A stretch of 64,000 nt of DNA from Dehalococcoidia bacterium (GTDB taxonomy: Bacteria; Chloroflexota; Dehalococcoidia; GIF9; UBA5629): the NCBI GenBank assembly GCA_050011565.1, contig JBEKIW010000002.1:352001-416000 (forward strand), read 5' to 3'. Below, one piece after another: positions 32,354 to 43,158 of this stretch (within the stretch, counting starts at the first letter, position 1; each line of letters opens with the position of its first letter). The notes beneath the pieces are model-generated. The model had not been told where the DNA came from, searched no databases, and saw nothing but the letters and a program-made list of their open reading frames with translations. The position numbers and the translations under genes were made by a program.

Positions 32354-33472
32354 CTAGCTGCTAAGCAACAGGTTATAGTAATTTATAACCTGTCGGGTAA
32401 TGTTCAGCCAGCTATATTTCTCAGCTTTAATTAATCCCTTATTCCCCATACGCAAGCGCAAAGATTTGTTATGCAGGAGAGATAGTAAGGCATCAGATAA
32501 GGATTCCTCGTCTCTTGGCCGGACGAGAAGCCCTTCCTCACCATCAGCTAATACGCTGGCGTAGCCTTGAATGTTGGTAGCAACTACCGGCTTTCCACAT
32601 GCCATAGCTTCAAGCAAGACTATACCGAAGCTCTCGCCACCGGTAGCCGGGGCACAAAAAATATCGGCACTACGGTAATACGAGGGGAGCTCAGCACTGG
32701 AAACAAATCCGGTAAAAACCACGTTGTTAGTCAGGCTCATATCCTCCACCAATTTTTCATATCTGAGGCGTAATACAGTGCCTGGCCCAACTACAATGAG
32801 ACGGAAGTTTGGGAAACTGCGCTTAATATCGGCGCACGCATTAAGTAAGTAGGCTAAGCCCTTTCGCCTTTCCAGCCGACCGACGAAGAGGATGTTTATT
32901 TTCCCGTCATTGAATTCTTCGCGCCCGGAGCCATTAAGGCAAAAGTGTTCAGTATCTATGCCATTTGGGATAATGCAATATTCACCTGGCAGGTGACGGC
33001 TCACATGTTCCAGCGCCGGTTTGGAAACAGCGATTTTGCCATGCAGTTTGGTAATCCATCTCCGGAAAATAGGCTTTCCCAGCCAGTATTCTCTTGGTTT
33101 AGTATGGAAAGCATGAAAAGTGCCAACATTTATAGAGTCTGACTTAAGCAAGGCACTCAAACAGACCATAGGTGCGAAGGGTTCGTGCAGATGTAGAATA
33201 TCGAATTTCTCTTTAGCCAGGATTTCACCTATTTGGGTTGGCAGCCAGGGTGATATGGGCACCCGCGCTATAGCGCCGGCGTATGGAATAGGCAAAGGCC
33301 TGCCCACGGGTGTAACTTCTTCTTCGAAGTAGCGGGCCCCAATTTTTGTGCATGGAGCTATAATTTTTACTTTATGCCCCGATTGAGTCAGATAATGAGC
33401 CAGGTAAGCACAGTGACTGACGACCCCGCCTGGGAAGGAATAATCGTAGGGGGAAACTAATCCGATTTTCAC
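32354..33472 (-). CDS. GT4 glycosyltransferase, PimA-like
   Basis: KIGLVSPY..PGGV, HLHEP, VGTFH, RKG, GGESFGIVLLEAMA. Confidence 0.88.
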   Translation of the reverse strand: MKIGLVSPYDYSFPGGVVSHCAYLAHYLTQSGHKVKIIAPCTKIGARYFEEEVTPVGRPLPIPYAGAIARVPISPWLPTQIGEILAKEKFDILHLHEPFAPMVCLSALLKSDSINVGTFHAFHTKPREYWLGKPIFRRWITKLHGKIAVSKPALEHVSRHLPGEYCIIPNGIDTEHFCLNGSGREEFNDGKINILFVGRLERRKGLAYLLNACADIKRSFPNFRLIVVGPGTVLRLRYEKLVEDMSLTNNVVFTGFVSSAELPSYYRSADIFCAPATGGESFGIVLLEAMACGKPVVATNIQGYASVLADGEEGLLVRPRDEESLSDALLSLLHNKSLRLRMGNKGLIKAEKYSWLNITRQVINYYNLLLSS

Positions 33473-33519
33473 TACTCTTATCGCCCTATCTCTCCGGATG
33501 TGATAGCCTTTATACTTGT

Positions 33520-34647
33520 CTAACTTTCCTTTATTTTGTCGTTGGCTATCTCGGGGAGACAAATCGGAGTCTGTTGTTCTTTGCCGGTAATGTAATTCTC
33601 GACACGCCTATGGGCTTCGTCGTCTGAATATTGGATGGGCGGCGATTTCATAAAGTATGAACTGGGAGCAACTATGGTTCCACTTAAACCTCTATCCATA
33701 GCTAATTTGCAGCATCTTATGGCATCGATAACAACACCGGCGGAGTTGGGACTGTCCCATACCTCCATTTTAAGCTCTAAGTTTAGGGGGACATCGCCGA
33801 AAGTGCGCCCTTCCATTTTGATGTAGCAGAATTTACGGTCAGCCAGCCACGGCACGTAGTCACTGGGACCGATATAAATATTTTCTTTGTCGATTTCATA
33901 GTCTAGCTGAGAGGTAACAGCATTGGTTTTGGAAATTTTCTTAGACTCCAGGCGCTCCCGTTCCAGCATATTATAGAAATCAGTATTACCGCCGAAGTTA
34001 AGCTGATAAGTCCTCTCTAGCTTGACTCCACGGTCGCGAAATAGCCTGGTCAATACGCGATGGGTGATTGTAGCTCCGACCTGAGATTTTACATCGTCAC
34101 CTATAATCGGTAGCCCCGCATCGGCGAAGCGCTTATACCAATAGGGTTCCCGAGCGATAAAGACGGGTATGCAATTGACAAAGCCGCAACCGGCCGTCAA
34201 CACCTGTTCTATGTACCACTTGGTCGCCTCTTCGCTTCCCACCGGAAGAAAATTCACTACTATGTCTGTTTTTGTCTCCTTGAGTATGCCGACAATGTCA
34301 GCTGTAGCCCCGGATGATTTAGTTATTATTTGAGACAGGTATTTACCCAACCCGTCATGGGTCATACCCCGAGTTACTTTGACTCCGGTGCTGGGCACAT
34401 CGCAAAACTTGAAAGTGTTATTGGGTTTTGTATAAATAGCTTCGGCCAGGTCTTTACCCACTTTGTTTTTATCTATGTCAAAGGCAGCCACGAAGTTGAT
34501 GTGGTTAATATGGTAGCCGCCGAGAATATTATGCATTAGCCCGGGCACCGACTCACCTTCTTTTACTTTTCTGTAGTAATGGACGCCCTGAACAAGCGAG
34601 GAAGAACAATTGCCGACGCCTATTATAGCTACATTTATTTTTTCCAT
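33520..34647 (-). CDS. ino1: Myo-inositol-1-phosphate synthase
   Basis: [36 protein letters not shown]. Confidence 0.95.
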   Translation of the reverse strand: MEKINVAIIGVGNCSSSLVQGVHYYRKVKEGESVPGLMHNILGGYHINHINFVAAFDIDKNKVGKDLAEAIYTKPNNTFKFCDVPSTGVKVTRGMTHDGLGKYLSQIITKSSGATADIVGILKETKTDIVVNFLPVGSEEATKWYIEQVLTAGCGFVNCIPVFIAREPYWYKRFADAGLPIIGDDVKSQVGATITHRVLTRLFRDRGVKLERTYQLNFGGNTDFYNMLERERLESKKISKTNAVTSQLDYEIDKENIYIGPSDYVPWLADRKFCYIKMEGRTFGDVPLNLELKMEVWDSPNSAGVVIDAIRCCKLAMDRGLSGTIVAPSSYFMKSPPIQYSDDEAHRRVENYITGKEQQTPICLPEIANDKIKES

Positions 34648-34704
34648 AACCTGTTTCCTCTCTTCCGTTTTACTTGGCTACTCAACTTCTGGAACTCTCA
34701 AATT

Positions 34705-35613
34705 TTAACCTCGCGGTTTGATGGCAACCATTTTGGGTGATCTGACTAATAAGATGGGTATTCTGGCTCCGTGTAATACTTTATCGGCCACGCTGCCTAA
34801 TACCCATCGAGCAACACCTGTCCGACCATGAGTTGACATGGCTATCATGGAGGCCCCCTTGTCTGTAGCATATTCTACTATTTTGTCGGCAGGGTCACCA
34901 GTGGCTACTTCGTACGTGACTTTAATATTCTTGCCGCCTAATCTTTCAGCTACGCCTTTTAGATAATCTTCGCCTGCGTCGTGCATAGCTTTGACAAACT
35001 TTCTCCAATCAGGGCCGCCAAGCAAGTTTGCCTCTACTGTTCCAGGTGGTGATATAACCTGCAGTAGGTTGACCGAAGCTCGCGAGTTTGCAGCTATTGT
35101 TTCGGCATAAGGTAGGGCTGATTCACCGATGTCTGAGCCGTCTAAAGGTGCCAGGATTTTATGAGGGAAATTTAGTTTGTCGGTGGTCCCGGTTGTACCA
35201 GGCCGTTTGCTTCGGACAAGTAGAACCGGCGCTGTAGCCTCACTTATGACCTTTTCAGCTACACTTCCCATCCACCAACGAGTGATACCACTTCGACCGT
35301 GTGTAGTCATTATAATCAAATCAATCTCTTTTTCGGCGGTGAAATCAAGGATTTTATCGGCTGCGACGCCGTAGCGAATTACGGGTTCAGCTTTAATATT
35401 ATCCCCGTGCAGCTTATTTGCGGTCCTGTTTATGTAATCCTCAATAAGGCGGTTTACACGGCGCGTCTTTCTGCCGATGCCAACACCCAAAATGTGCACG
35501 CGAGAGCCAAATTTTGGAGCTAAATCTCTAAGATAAGGAAATACACTCTCAGCTTCCGTAGAACCGTCCAAAGGAATTAGAATTTCTTGTATCTGTAACA
35601 TTCTCTTTGCCAT
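34705..35613 (-). CDS. Tandem universal stress protein
   Basis: Two PLDGS..M.THGR.G..RW..GSVA domains. Confidence 0.93.
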   Translation of the reverse strand: MAKRMLQIQEILIPLDGSTEAESVFPYLRDLAPKFGSRVHILGVGIGRKTRRVNRLIEDYINRTANKLHGDNIKAEPVIRYGVAADKILDFTAEKEIDLIIMTTHGRSGITRWWMGSVAEKVISEATAPVLLVRSKRPGTTGTTDKLNFPHKILAPLDGSDIGESALPYAETIAANSRASVNLLQVISPPGTVEANLLGGPDWRKFVKAMHDAGEDYLKGVAERLGGKNIKVTYEVATGDPADKIVEYATDKGASMIAMSTHGRTGVARWVLGSVADKVLHGARIPILLVRSPKMVAIKPRG

Positions 35614-35677
35614 TTTATTTAGTTGATTATAACCGACGCTCTTGTATAAGACAACACATTTATGGTATTTTTGAGGC

Positions 35678-36343
35678 GTGCTTTATGATTTCCACACCCA
35701 TACTTTTCATAGCGATGGCGTTTTATCACCCATTGAGTTAATACGTCGTGCTCACGTTAAAGGCTATTCGGCTATTGCCATTACCGACCATGTGGCCATC
35801 GGTTCACTTGGCAGATTAATCAAAGAAATAAGCGACGATTGCGCTCTGGCAAGGGCTTATTGGGATATTCTGGCAATCCCGGGCGTGGAACTTACCCACC
35901 TTCCGCCGCAGGCTATCCCCGAAATGGCTAAGAAAGCTAAAGAAATGGGAGCCTGGTTGGTAATAGTACACGGCGAAACCACTGCAGAGCCGGTGGAAAA
36001 AGGTACTAACTTCGCCGCTGTCCAATCTCCCCACGTTGATATCTTAGCTCATCCTGGCTTATTGACTATTGAGGAAGCCTCTCTGGCAGCCAAAAATAAC
36101 ATCTTTATCGAACTTACAGCTCGGAAGGGCCATTCTACTACCAATTCTCATGTTGCTTCGGTTAGCCAAAAAGCAAAGGCGAGGCTCCTGGTTAATTCTG
36201 ATGCCCACCACGAAAAAGACCTATTAATGCCGAACTTAGTTGAGGCTATACTTCATCAATCAAACATAAACCAGCGGCAACGCCGACAAATTATCGACCG
36301 AAACCCCCTGCTTTTAATCGAGAAAGTCAAAAATCGCCTCTAA
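35678..36343 (+). CDS. PHP-family phosphoesterase
   Basis: DFHTH..SDG, ITDH, HGE, AHPG, NSDAH. Confidence 0.92.
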   Translation: MLYDFHTHTFHSDGVLSPIELIRRAHVKGYSAIAITDHVAIGSLGRLIKEISDDCALARAYWDILAIPGVELTHLPPQAIPEMAKKAKEMGAWLVIVHGETTAEPVEKGTNFAAVQSPHVDILAHPGLLTIEEASLAAKNNIFIELTARKGHSTTNSHVASVSQKAKARLLVNSDAHHEKDLLMPNLVEAILHQSNINQRQRRQIIDRNPLLLIEKVKNRL

Positions 36344-36368
36344 GCTCTGATTAAAGCGTGTAGTTGAA

Positions 36369-36512
36369 TTAGCCTTTGCCAATTCGAAAGACCTTCGTTC
36401 CACAGGATGGGCAAGTTCCGCGTGTCGCTGGCCTCTTGTTCTTCAGAGTGACGCTCTGCGGGTTTTTCATTTCCGTCTTCCTCCGGCATTTGAAGCAATA
36501 TGCCTGCGCCAT
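36369..36512 (-). CDS. Small basic zinc-finger protein, DUF5679-like, 47 aa (not in ORF track)
   Basis: AAAGGAGGT SD; MAQAYCFKCRRKTEMKNPQSVTLKNKRPATRGTCPSCGTKVFRIGKG. Confidence 0.88.
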   Translation of the reverse strand: MAQAYCFKCRRKTEMKNPQSVTLKNKRPATRGTCPSCGTKVFRIGKG

Positions 36513-36595
36513 GTATTTGACCTCCTTTCACCCAAAGCTAAATCATATCTATTAAAATATGGACTGTCAAGACCTTTGAGCGTTTCGCAGACAAC

Positions 36596-37492
36596 CTACG
36601 AGAGTGAGAAGACCTTTTCCGGATGCCATTGCTGTTTTTCAGGAATAAAGTGCAGCACCGCTAGAAAATTACCATCGAGGTCGTAGGCTCTGCAGTATTC
36701 CTCTGAAAACGGGTAAGCTTCGTCTAGAGGAAATGGACGGCCGTTTCTAATGTCCAGTTCGTTTTTCCTGCTAACGATGATTGCCTTCCAGTTCCCCAGC
36801 GGGCTGTCCACGGGGTGGATAAGCTTTTTCCAGGCATCTTTGTGAAAGGCATCTTCGACCTGGTCTAGAGATAACGCATCTCTGATGGAAAATGGACCAC
36901 AACGTAATCGAGTCAGATTTTTCAGATGAGCACCACAGCCCAGGTATTGTCCGAGGTCGTTGGCCAGGGAGCGTATATAGGTGCCCTTGCTGCAGTCTAT
37001 ATTGATTTCTATTAACGGTTGCTGGTAGCTGATAAGCTCCAGTTTTGTGATTTCGACCCGTCTTGATTTAAGCTTTATCGGGACACCAGCACGAGCCAGT
37101 TCATAACATCGACGGCCTCCCTGTTTCAAAGCGCTGAATGCCGGGGGTACCTGATTAATGACACCTCTAAAAGCGGTAAGAGCTTCTTCTATCAGGGTCA
37201 CGGTGATATCGCCTGGGTCTCTACGTTCGACTATCTTGCCTTGTCTGTCGAAGGTATCCGTGGTTACACCCAGTTCAATATGGGCTAAATAGGTTTTGCT
37301 GCTATTTGTTAGGAACTGTGTGATGCGGGTTGCCTGACCAAAGCAAATCGGCAGTACGCCTGTAGCTATTGGGTCTAGTGTACCGGCGTGTCCGACGTGT
37401 TTCTCTCCGGTGAGGCGCTTAAGCCGGGCAACTACACTAAAAGAAGTCTTGCCTTCGGGTTTGTTGACGTTGAGGATGCCGTCAATGCCCAT
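36596..37492 (-). CDS. truB: tRNA pseudouridine(55) synthase
   Basis: GHAGTLDPIATG, CSKGTYIRSL. Confidence 0.96.
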   Translation of the reverse strand: MGIDGILNVNKPEGKTSFSVVARLKRLTGEKHVGHAGTLDPIATGVLPICFGQATRITQFLTNSSKTYLAHIELGVTTDTFDRQGKIVERRDPGDITVTLIEEALTAFRGVINQVPPAFSALKQGGRRCYELARAGVPIKLKSRRVEITKLELISYQQPLIEINIDCSKGTYIRSLANDLGQYLGCGAHLKNLTRLRCGPFSIRDALSLDQVEDAFHKDAWKKLIHPVDSPLGNWKAIIVSRKNELDIRNGRPFPLDEAYPFSEEYCRAYDLDGNFLAVLHFIPEKQQWHPEKVFSLS

Positions 37493-37850
37493 CTTCGTTT
37501 TCGGCGTCTTTTGAAGCGACCTCATCGATTAACCTGAGGAGATTAGCGGCACGCTCAATAGAGTCATCAAACTGAAAACTAAGCTCGGGCATGTGCTTCA
37601 GTTGCAGGCGGGTGGCCAATTGGCGGCGTAGAAATCCTGAAGCAGCAGTGAAACCCTGTAACATCTCTTTTTTATCGACATTGTCCCCAATACTGCTGAT
37701 AAAGACTTTGGTGTGCCTTAAGTCGGAAGACGTCGAAACCTTGGTAATCGAGATAAGGCTACTAAGCCTCGGGTCATTAACTTGCTCTCGGAGCAACTGG
37801 CTTATTTCTTGCTGAATTACGCTGTCTAGTCTTTCCGTGCGTCGTGTCAT
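37482..37850 (-). CDS. rbfA: Ribosome-binding factor A
   Basis: DPRL..SDL..GFLR..PELSF. Confidence 0.95.
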   Translation of the reverse strand: MTRRTERLDSVIQQEISQLLREQVNDPRLSSLISITKVSTSSDLRHTKVFISSIGDNVDKKEMLQGFTAASGFLRRQLATRLQLKHMPELSFQFDDSIERAANLLRLIDEVASKDAENEDGH

Positions 37851-37932
37851 ATTGTTTATTCCTTTTAGCTAAATGGTTGCGATTTGGGATAGAAAGTAGA
37901 ATATAACATGAGAAAAACAGAGACCAGGCGGT

Positions 37933-39750
37933 TTAGCTAACTATTTCCTTTCGGTAGGACTGAATTATATCTCCAATTTGGAAATCTGAAAAGCCTTCTA
38001 GTCTGAGCCCACACTCAAAACCGGTAGCTACTTCCTTAACATCTTCCTTGAAACGCCTCAAGCTATTTATACGGGATTCGTGTATTGGTTCGCCCCGACG
38101 TATTAACCGGGCTGGAGCATCCCGTCTCATCTTCCCTTCTTTAACTGAAACCCCGGCTATTCTGGCTTTTTTACCTGTTTCAAATATGGCTATCACTTCG
38201 GCCTGACCTTCAATGACCTCGGTGTAGGTGGGCTCCAGCATGCCTTTCAGTGCTTTTTCAACATCCTTCACCAGTTCATAAATCACGTTGTAATACCGAA
38301 TGCTTATTCCCTCTGTTTCGGCCAGTCGTTGTGCCCCTGGTTCAGGTCGGCTGTTAAAGCCGATGATTATACCTTTAGAAGCTAAGGCTAGTAGCACATC
38401 GCCTTCTGTAATACCGCCGCTGCCCGAGTGGATAATTCTGACCTTAATCCTCTCGTCCCCGAGATGCTCCAGAGAATCCTTGATGGGCTCTATGCTGCCC
38501 TGAACATCTGTCTTAAGAATTATATTGAGCTCCTTTATCTGTCCGGTGCTGATTTGAGTTGAAAGGTCGCTAAGTCCCAGGGGCCTGGCACGAGTTGAGA
38601 CCTTTTGTTGCGAGTCTTTCTGCTTTTCTAATAGCGTTCTGGCTTCACGCTCGGTGCTAAGAACCTTGAACGATTCTCCCGCTTGAGGGACAGCATTTAA
38701 TCCGAGAACTTCCACCGGGGCAGCAGGCTCAGCTTTCTTAAGATGCTTACCCAACTCATTGAACATTGCCTTGACCCTGCCCCAGGTATTACTAACTATG
38801 ATGTTATCGCCGAGCTTGAGTATACCTTTTTGGACCAGAAGGGTAGCTAACGGCCCCCTGGTTTTATCCAGTCGAGCTTCAATTACTACTCCTTCCGCCG
38901 CGCAATCGTGTTCAGCTTTTAGTTCCAGTATATCAGCGACAAGGAGAAGGTTTTCCAGAAGCACATCTATTCCCTGTTTCTTCTTGGCTGATATAGGCAC
39001 GCATACCGTATCTCCTCCCCATTCCTCAATAACCAAGCCTAAATCCGATAGTTGTTTTTTCACTTTCTCCGGATTGGCGTCAGACTTGTCAATTTTGTTT
39101 AGGGCGACCACTATAGGTACATTAGCCGCACGCGCGTGGTCTATAGCTTCTACAGTCTGGGGCATAACTCCGTCATCAGCAGCTACCACCAGGACAGCTA
39201 TATCGGTAACTTGAGTTCCTCTAGCTCTCATGGCGGTGAAAGCCTCGTGCCCCGGCGTATCCAGGAAAGTAATCTTTCTTGAGTCCACCTCGACCTGGTA
39301 AGCTCCTATATGCTGAGTAATAGCGCCAGCTTCGGTGGCGATCACATTGCTTTGGCGAATGGCATCCAGGAGGCTTGTCTTGCCGTGGTCGACATGCCCC
39401 ATAATAGTAATCACCGGCGGCCGCGGGTAAAGTTTACCGCCAGCTGTTGTCACAGGACGTTTTATTTGGGAGAGCACCGGCTGCCTTTTAGCCTCGTAGC
39501 CGAAATGAGCAACTACCACCGCCGCGGTATCATAATCTACAGCCTGATTGATATTAGCCATGATACCGTTTCTCATCAGCTGCTTGATGACCTCGACGGC
39601 ACTAACCTTCAAGAGGTCAGCCAACTGTTTGACGGTTAGAGTTTGTGGAAGGCTAATATGACGCAGCACCTTTAAGGAACTGCTAGCTTCTGGGTTGGTC
39701 ACCTCTTCGTCAGCAATTGATTCTTGTTTCTTATTACTCAACCCTGGCAC
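37933..39750 (-). CDS. infB: Translation initiation factor IF-2
   Basis: GHVDHGKT, DTPGHEAF, NKID. Confidence 0.97.
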   Translation of the reverse strand: MPGLSNKKQESIADEEVTNPEASSSLKVLRHISLPQTLTVKQLADLLKVSAVEVIKQLMRNGIMANINQAVDYDTAAVVVAHFGYEAKRQPVLSQIKRPVTTAGGKLYPRPPVITIMGHVDHGKTSLLDAIRQSNVIATEAGAITQHIGAYQVEVDSRKITFLDTPGHEAFTAMRARGTQVTDIAVLVVAADDGVMPQTVEAIDHARAANVPIVVALNKIDKSDANPEKVKKQLSDLGLVIEEWGGDTVCVPISAKKKQGIDVLLENLLLVADILELKAEHDCAAEGVVIEARLDKTRGPLATLLVQKGILKLGDNIIVSNTWGRVKAMFNELGKHLKKAEPAAPVEVLGLNAVPQAGESFKVLSTEREARTLLEKQKDSQQKVSTRARPLGLSDLSTQISTGQIKELNIILKTDVQGSIEPIKDSLEHLGDERIKVRIIHSGSGGITEGDVLLALASKGIIIGFNSRPEPGAQRLAETEGISIRYYNVIYELVKDVEKALKGMLEPTYTEVIEGQAEVIAIFETGKKARIAGVSVKEGKMRRDAPARLIRRGEPIHESRINSLRRFKEDVKEVATGFECGLRLEGFSDFQIGDIIQSYRKEIVS

Positions 39751-40049
39751 TCTCTTTCCGGTAGGCTCTTGCCATATTCTACCAGCACCTGCCGATTTTC
39801 CAAAGTGAGCTTAACCCGCAGGGCATGCTCGAGGCGGTTGCCTTTAAGTCCTGTCTCCCAGCATTCACGCATCGGGCATAAATAAGCCCCTCGACCTGCT
39901 TCTTTACCCTTAGGGTCTATTTGTACTGCGTCGGCGTTACCAACGAGTCGTATTAGCTCCCTTTTAGCCATTTTCCCCCGGCAAGCAACGCAACTGCGCT
40001 CAGGTACGTGCCTTTGGCGATGGCTTTGTTTCTTAGGACTATTCTTCAA
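39738..40049 (-). CDS. ylxR: YlxR/RnpM family protein
   Basis: PERSCVAC..LIRLV..GRGAYLC. Confidence 0.92.
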   Translation of the reverse strand: MKNSPKKQSHRQRHVPERSCVACRGKMAKRELIRLVGNADAVQIDPKGKEAGRGAYLCPMRECWETGLKGNRLEHALRVKLTLENRQVLVEYGKSLPERECQG

Positions 40050-41484
40050 GTTCTTCTTCGTAGGCTAACCGTTTTTGACGAGCCTTCTTAGGCCTGCTTT
40101 TACTTGCCGGCACATCGGGCTCTTTCTTGCTGGCTTTTTTCTTCTTGGCCTTACTGGCTCTTCCCGGCAGTATGTCCTCGGCGAACCTGATTTTTCGGCC
40201 CTCCGCAGATTTTGCTGTTGAGGGTACACCGCCAGCCAAAACAAGGTCAAAATCACTTACAGCAGCGACTACCTCTTCGGTTTTCTCCTCAGTCACTGGC
40301 TCCGGTTCACCCAGTATTTCCTCTTCACCCTCTGTGGCTGGACCGGGAACTTCTTCTGAAGCAGCAAATTCGGGAATAAGCTCTTCAGCTTCGGTGACTG
40401 CCCCTCTGCCTGCCGCCGCAGCTTCTCTGTCCATACTCGCCCTTTCCGCTTCAACCGCTGAGTTGCTCTTGATATCGATTCGCCAACCGGTTAGTTTTGC
40501 CGCTAATCTGGCGTTCTGTCCTTCTTTGCCGATGGCCAGGGATAGCTGCTTATCGGGAACAGTTACTACACCAGTATTTTCTGCCTGATTGAGTTCCACA
40601 CTTGATACCTGAGCCGGGCTGAGGGCATTGGCAATGAAGGTCGCCGGGTCATCCGACCACTCAACCACGTCTATCTTTTCGCCACGTAGTTCATTTACTA
40701 TGTTTTGTATCCTGATTCCACGCAGTCCGACACAACAGCCGACGGGGTCCACACCCTCCTGGCGGGCTGCCACAGCTACCTTGCTCCGATAACCTGCCTC
40801 GCGTGCTATTGATTTTATATCTATAGTGCCGCCATATATTTCCGGGATTTCCAATTCGAAGAGCCTGCGCAGCAAGTTGCGATGCGAGCGCGATACCAAT
40901 ATCTGAGGCCCCCGGCTACTCTTGGTTACTTCTAAGACGTATAATTTGAGCCTTTGTCCGACTCGGTAGCGCTCGTTATGTACCTGTTCGATGCTAGGTA
41001 ATATTGCTTCGGCTTTGCCCAAATCAATATGAATTTGTTCCGGAGTAATGCGTTGCACTATTCCGGTAACGATGTCACCCTCTTTGCCGGTAAATTCCTC
41101 GAAAATTGCATGATGCTCTGCCTCATGCAACCGCTGCAATATGACCTGTCTTGCCGTCTGAGCAGCTATACGTCCGGCATTCGGCGGTGTGGATTCTATG
41201 CTTACAATGTCTCCGAGCTGGACATTTTTATCTTTCTTTTGAGCGTCGCCAAGGGATACCTCACGAAGCAAGTCGGTTGCTTTTTCAACTACTGTCTTCC
41301 TGACATAGACCTTGACCTCGCCGGTGTTAGGGTTGATTTTAGCCGAGATATCCTGGCCGGCGACAAAAGCGTCTTTTCTGTACGCGGAGACGAGTGCCGT
41401 CTCTATGGCAGACAGCACTACTTCCTTCGGCAGATGTTTCTCAGCCGATAGCTGGGTAAGGGCCACCATGAACTCTGTCTTCAT
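40039..41484 (-). CDS. nusA: Transcription factor NusA
   Basis: S1 and KH domains, [24 protein letters not shown]; low-complexity tail. Confidence 0.97.
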   Translation of the reverse strand: MKTEFMVALTQLSAEKHLPKEVVLSAIETALVSAYRKDAFVAGQDISAKINPNTGEVKVYVRKTVVEKATDLLREVSLGDAQKKDKNVQLGDIVSIESTPPNAGRIAAQTARQVILQRLHEAEHHAIFEEFTGKEGDIVTGIVQRITPEQIHIDLGKAEAILPSIEQVHNERYRVGQRLKLYVLEVTKSSRGPQILVSRSHRNLLRRLFELEIPEIYGGTIDIKSIAREAGYRSKVAVAARQEGVDPVGCCVGLRGIRIQNIVNELRGEKIDVVEWSDDPATFIANALSPAQVSSVELNQAENTGVVTVPDKQLSLAIGKEGQNARLAAKLTGWRIDIKSNSAVEAERASMDREAAAAGRGAVTEAEELIPEFAASEEVPGPATEGEEEILGEPEPVTEEKTEEVVAAVSDFDLVLAGGVPSTAKSAEGRKIRFAEDILPGRASKAKKKKASKKEPDVPASKSRPKKARQKRLAYEEELEE

Positions 41485-41517
41485 CGCATACCACTCCCCG
41501 ATTCTACTACATCAACA

Positions 41518-41544
41518 AAAAAGTGGGAACTAGCCCCACTTTTT
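41518..41544 (-). terminator. Leader hairpin/attenuator upstream of nusA (rimP-leader-like)
   Basis: AAAAAGTGGG-GCTAGTT-CCCACTTTTTT on the minus strand, between the promoter and the nusA start. Confidence 0.75.
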
Positions 41545-41568
41545 AAGGTACTATGAAGTTACAGCGCC

Positions 41569-41597
41569 AGTATAACATAACTATAAGCAGAATGCAA
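41569..41597 (-). promoter_or_regulatory. Sigma70 promoter of the nusA operon
   Basis: TTGCAT-N17-TATACT with extended -10 TG. Confidence 0.75.
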
Positions 41598-41766
41598 CTC
41601 AGTTTTTATTCATAATTTTTCATCTTTTGTCTGCTAAATACGCTGTCCGGTGACTGATGCCTCAAATCTCGCAGCAAGCAATAAAAATTAGGCCAATGAG
41701 TTTGTTGCCGAAATTTTGCGGTTTTGCTATTCGAGTAAGCTTGGTGCAGAAGTCCCAAAACCCTTA

Positions 41767-43101
41767 TTAACCATCTCCGGCTAATTTCTCGAGCTTTTCT
41801 TTCAGTTCTATTCTTTTTGCCTCGTCAAGCTTAATCGGGTTGGGTTGAGTTCGATAATGTGGCTCAGACTGTATCATTTTTTCCGGTCCGAGATCTTTCG
41901 TAAGGCAGACGTGAGAACCGACGATAGAATTAGGGCCAATTTTAATGCCGGGCATAACACTGGCGTTAATTCCAGTTTTGCAATTGTCGCCAATTATGGC
42001 TCCGAGCTTATCTCGTCCGCTGTCGATAGCCTCATCGCCAATAGCCACGGAGATATTCTGCTCGTCAAAGCGGAAGTTAGCCAGGACAGTGCCGGCGCCG
42101 AAGGAGCAACTTTTACCTATTATCGAGTCACCGATATAGCTGGAATGAACCCAGCAGCCGTCTCCGATATAAGAACCTTTTACCTCCGTGCCGTAACCTA
42201 TGACACAATCAGCACCGATATGGCTGTAGTCTCGCACCAAAACGTTATTACCTATCATAGAGCCGGCACCAATATAGGCCGGCCCTCTTATCACCGCGTT
42301 TTCCAGCACTCTGACGCCGTCTCCTATTATAACCTTACCTTCGATGGTGGCTTTACCTGAAATAACGGCTGACCGGGAAACCTTCGGCTGGCTTGTATCC
42401 AGTATATATTTGACTACATCAAAGATATGCCAGGGGTATTTTACGGGCGCCCAGAAATCATCGTAGGGAATAACCTTGATTTTATGCCCGTCTTTGGCCA
42501 GATTATCGAGTGCGCATTCGTAGACATCGTCCTTAGTTGTTTTGGCCTCGTCAATATACTCTAAAAGTTTCCTGGGATTAGAATGAAGATGGACCAGTAT
42601 GTTTACCAGGTTGCTCGGTTCTTTCCCGGGTTTCGGCTTTTCTACAACGTGTTCCAGCTCATCGGCTGCGTTTACGACCAAATAACCTCCGGGGAAATAG
42701 CTTTTAGTGTGATAGCCGAGCATATATGAATCCGCCGATTTCTTTTTAGCTTCTTGAAGAAGGCTAGTATATGCCGAGGAGGCAAAAACATCGTTAGGAT
42801 TTACTATCAGGATACCTTCATCCAGGAAAGAAGCGGCACTTTGTAAGGCATCAGCAATGCCCTTCGGTTGTTTTTGTAGGACCAGCTTAATTTCAGTATC
42901 GGAGACCGTGCTGGTTATTTTCTCAATTTGTTCTAGATTGTATTTATTGCAGACAATTACAAAATGATTTAGCCCTGCCTGCCTGGCTGTCTCCAATTGT
43001 ATCTGGAGTAGTGTTTTGCCCAGGAAATTTAGCAGGAATTTATCTTCAGTGATTGGAAACATCCTTTTACCAATGCCGCCACACAGAAAAACTACTTTCA
43101 T
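41767..43101 (-). CDS. Bifunctional sugar-1-phosphate nucleotidyltransferase/acetyltransferase (archaeal GlmU-like)
   Basis: LCGGIGKRM, Q..GIADA, EKP, hexapeptide repeats, YIGDSIIG, GTVLANFRFD. Confidence 0.88.
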   Translation of the reverse strand: MKVVFLCGGIGKRMFPITEDKFLLNFLGKTLLQIQLETARQAGLNHFVIVCNKYNLEQIEKITSTVSDTEIKLVLQKQPKGIADALQSAASFLDEGILIVNPNDVFASSAYTSLLQEAKKKSADSYMLGYHTKSYFPGGYLVVNAADELEHVVEKPKPGKEPSNLVNILVHLHSNPRKLLEYIDEAKTTKDDVYECALDNLAKDGHKIKVIPYDDFWAPVKYPWHIFDVVKYILDTSQPKVSRSAVISGKATIEGKVIIGDGVRVLENAVIRGPAYIGAGSMIGNNVLVRDYSHIGADCVIGYGTEVKGSYIGDGCWVHSSYIGDSIIGKSCSFGAGTVLANFRFDEQNISVAIGDEAIDSGRDKLGAIIGDNCKTGINASVMPGIKIGPNSIVGSHVCLTKDLGPEKMIQSEPHYRTQPNPIKLDEAKRIELKEKLEKLAGDG

Positions 43102-43158
43102 CTTTCCATCCTATTGTTTTGTTAACTTTATATCCATTAACTGTGCCGGAGCACTAAG

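Noticed and set aside
36340-36531. 63-aa ORF from the track
   Set aside because: Wrong frame; the CxxC gene at 36369-36512 has the SD and the recognisable motif.
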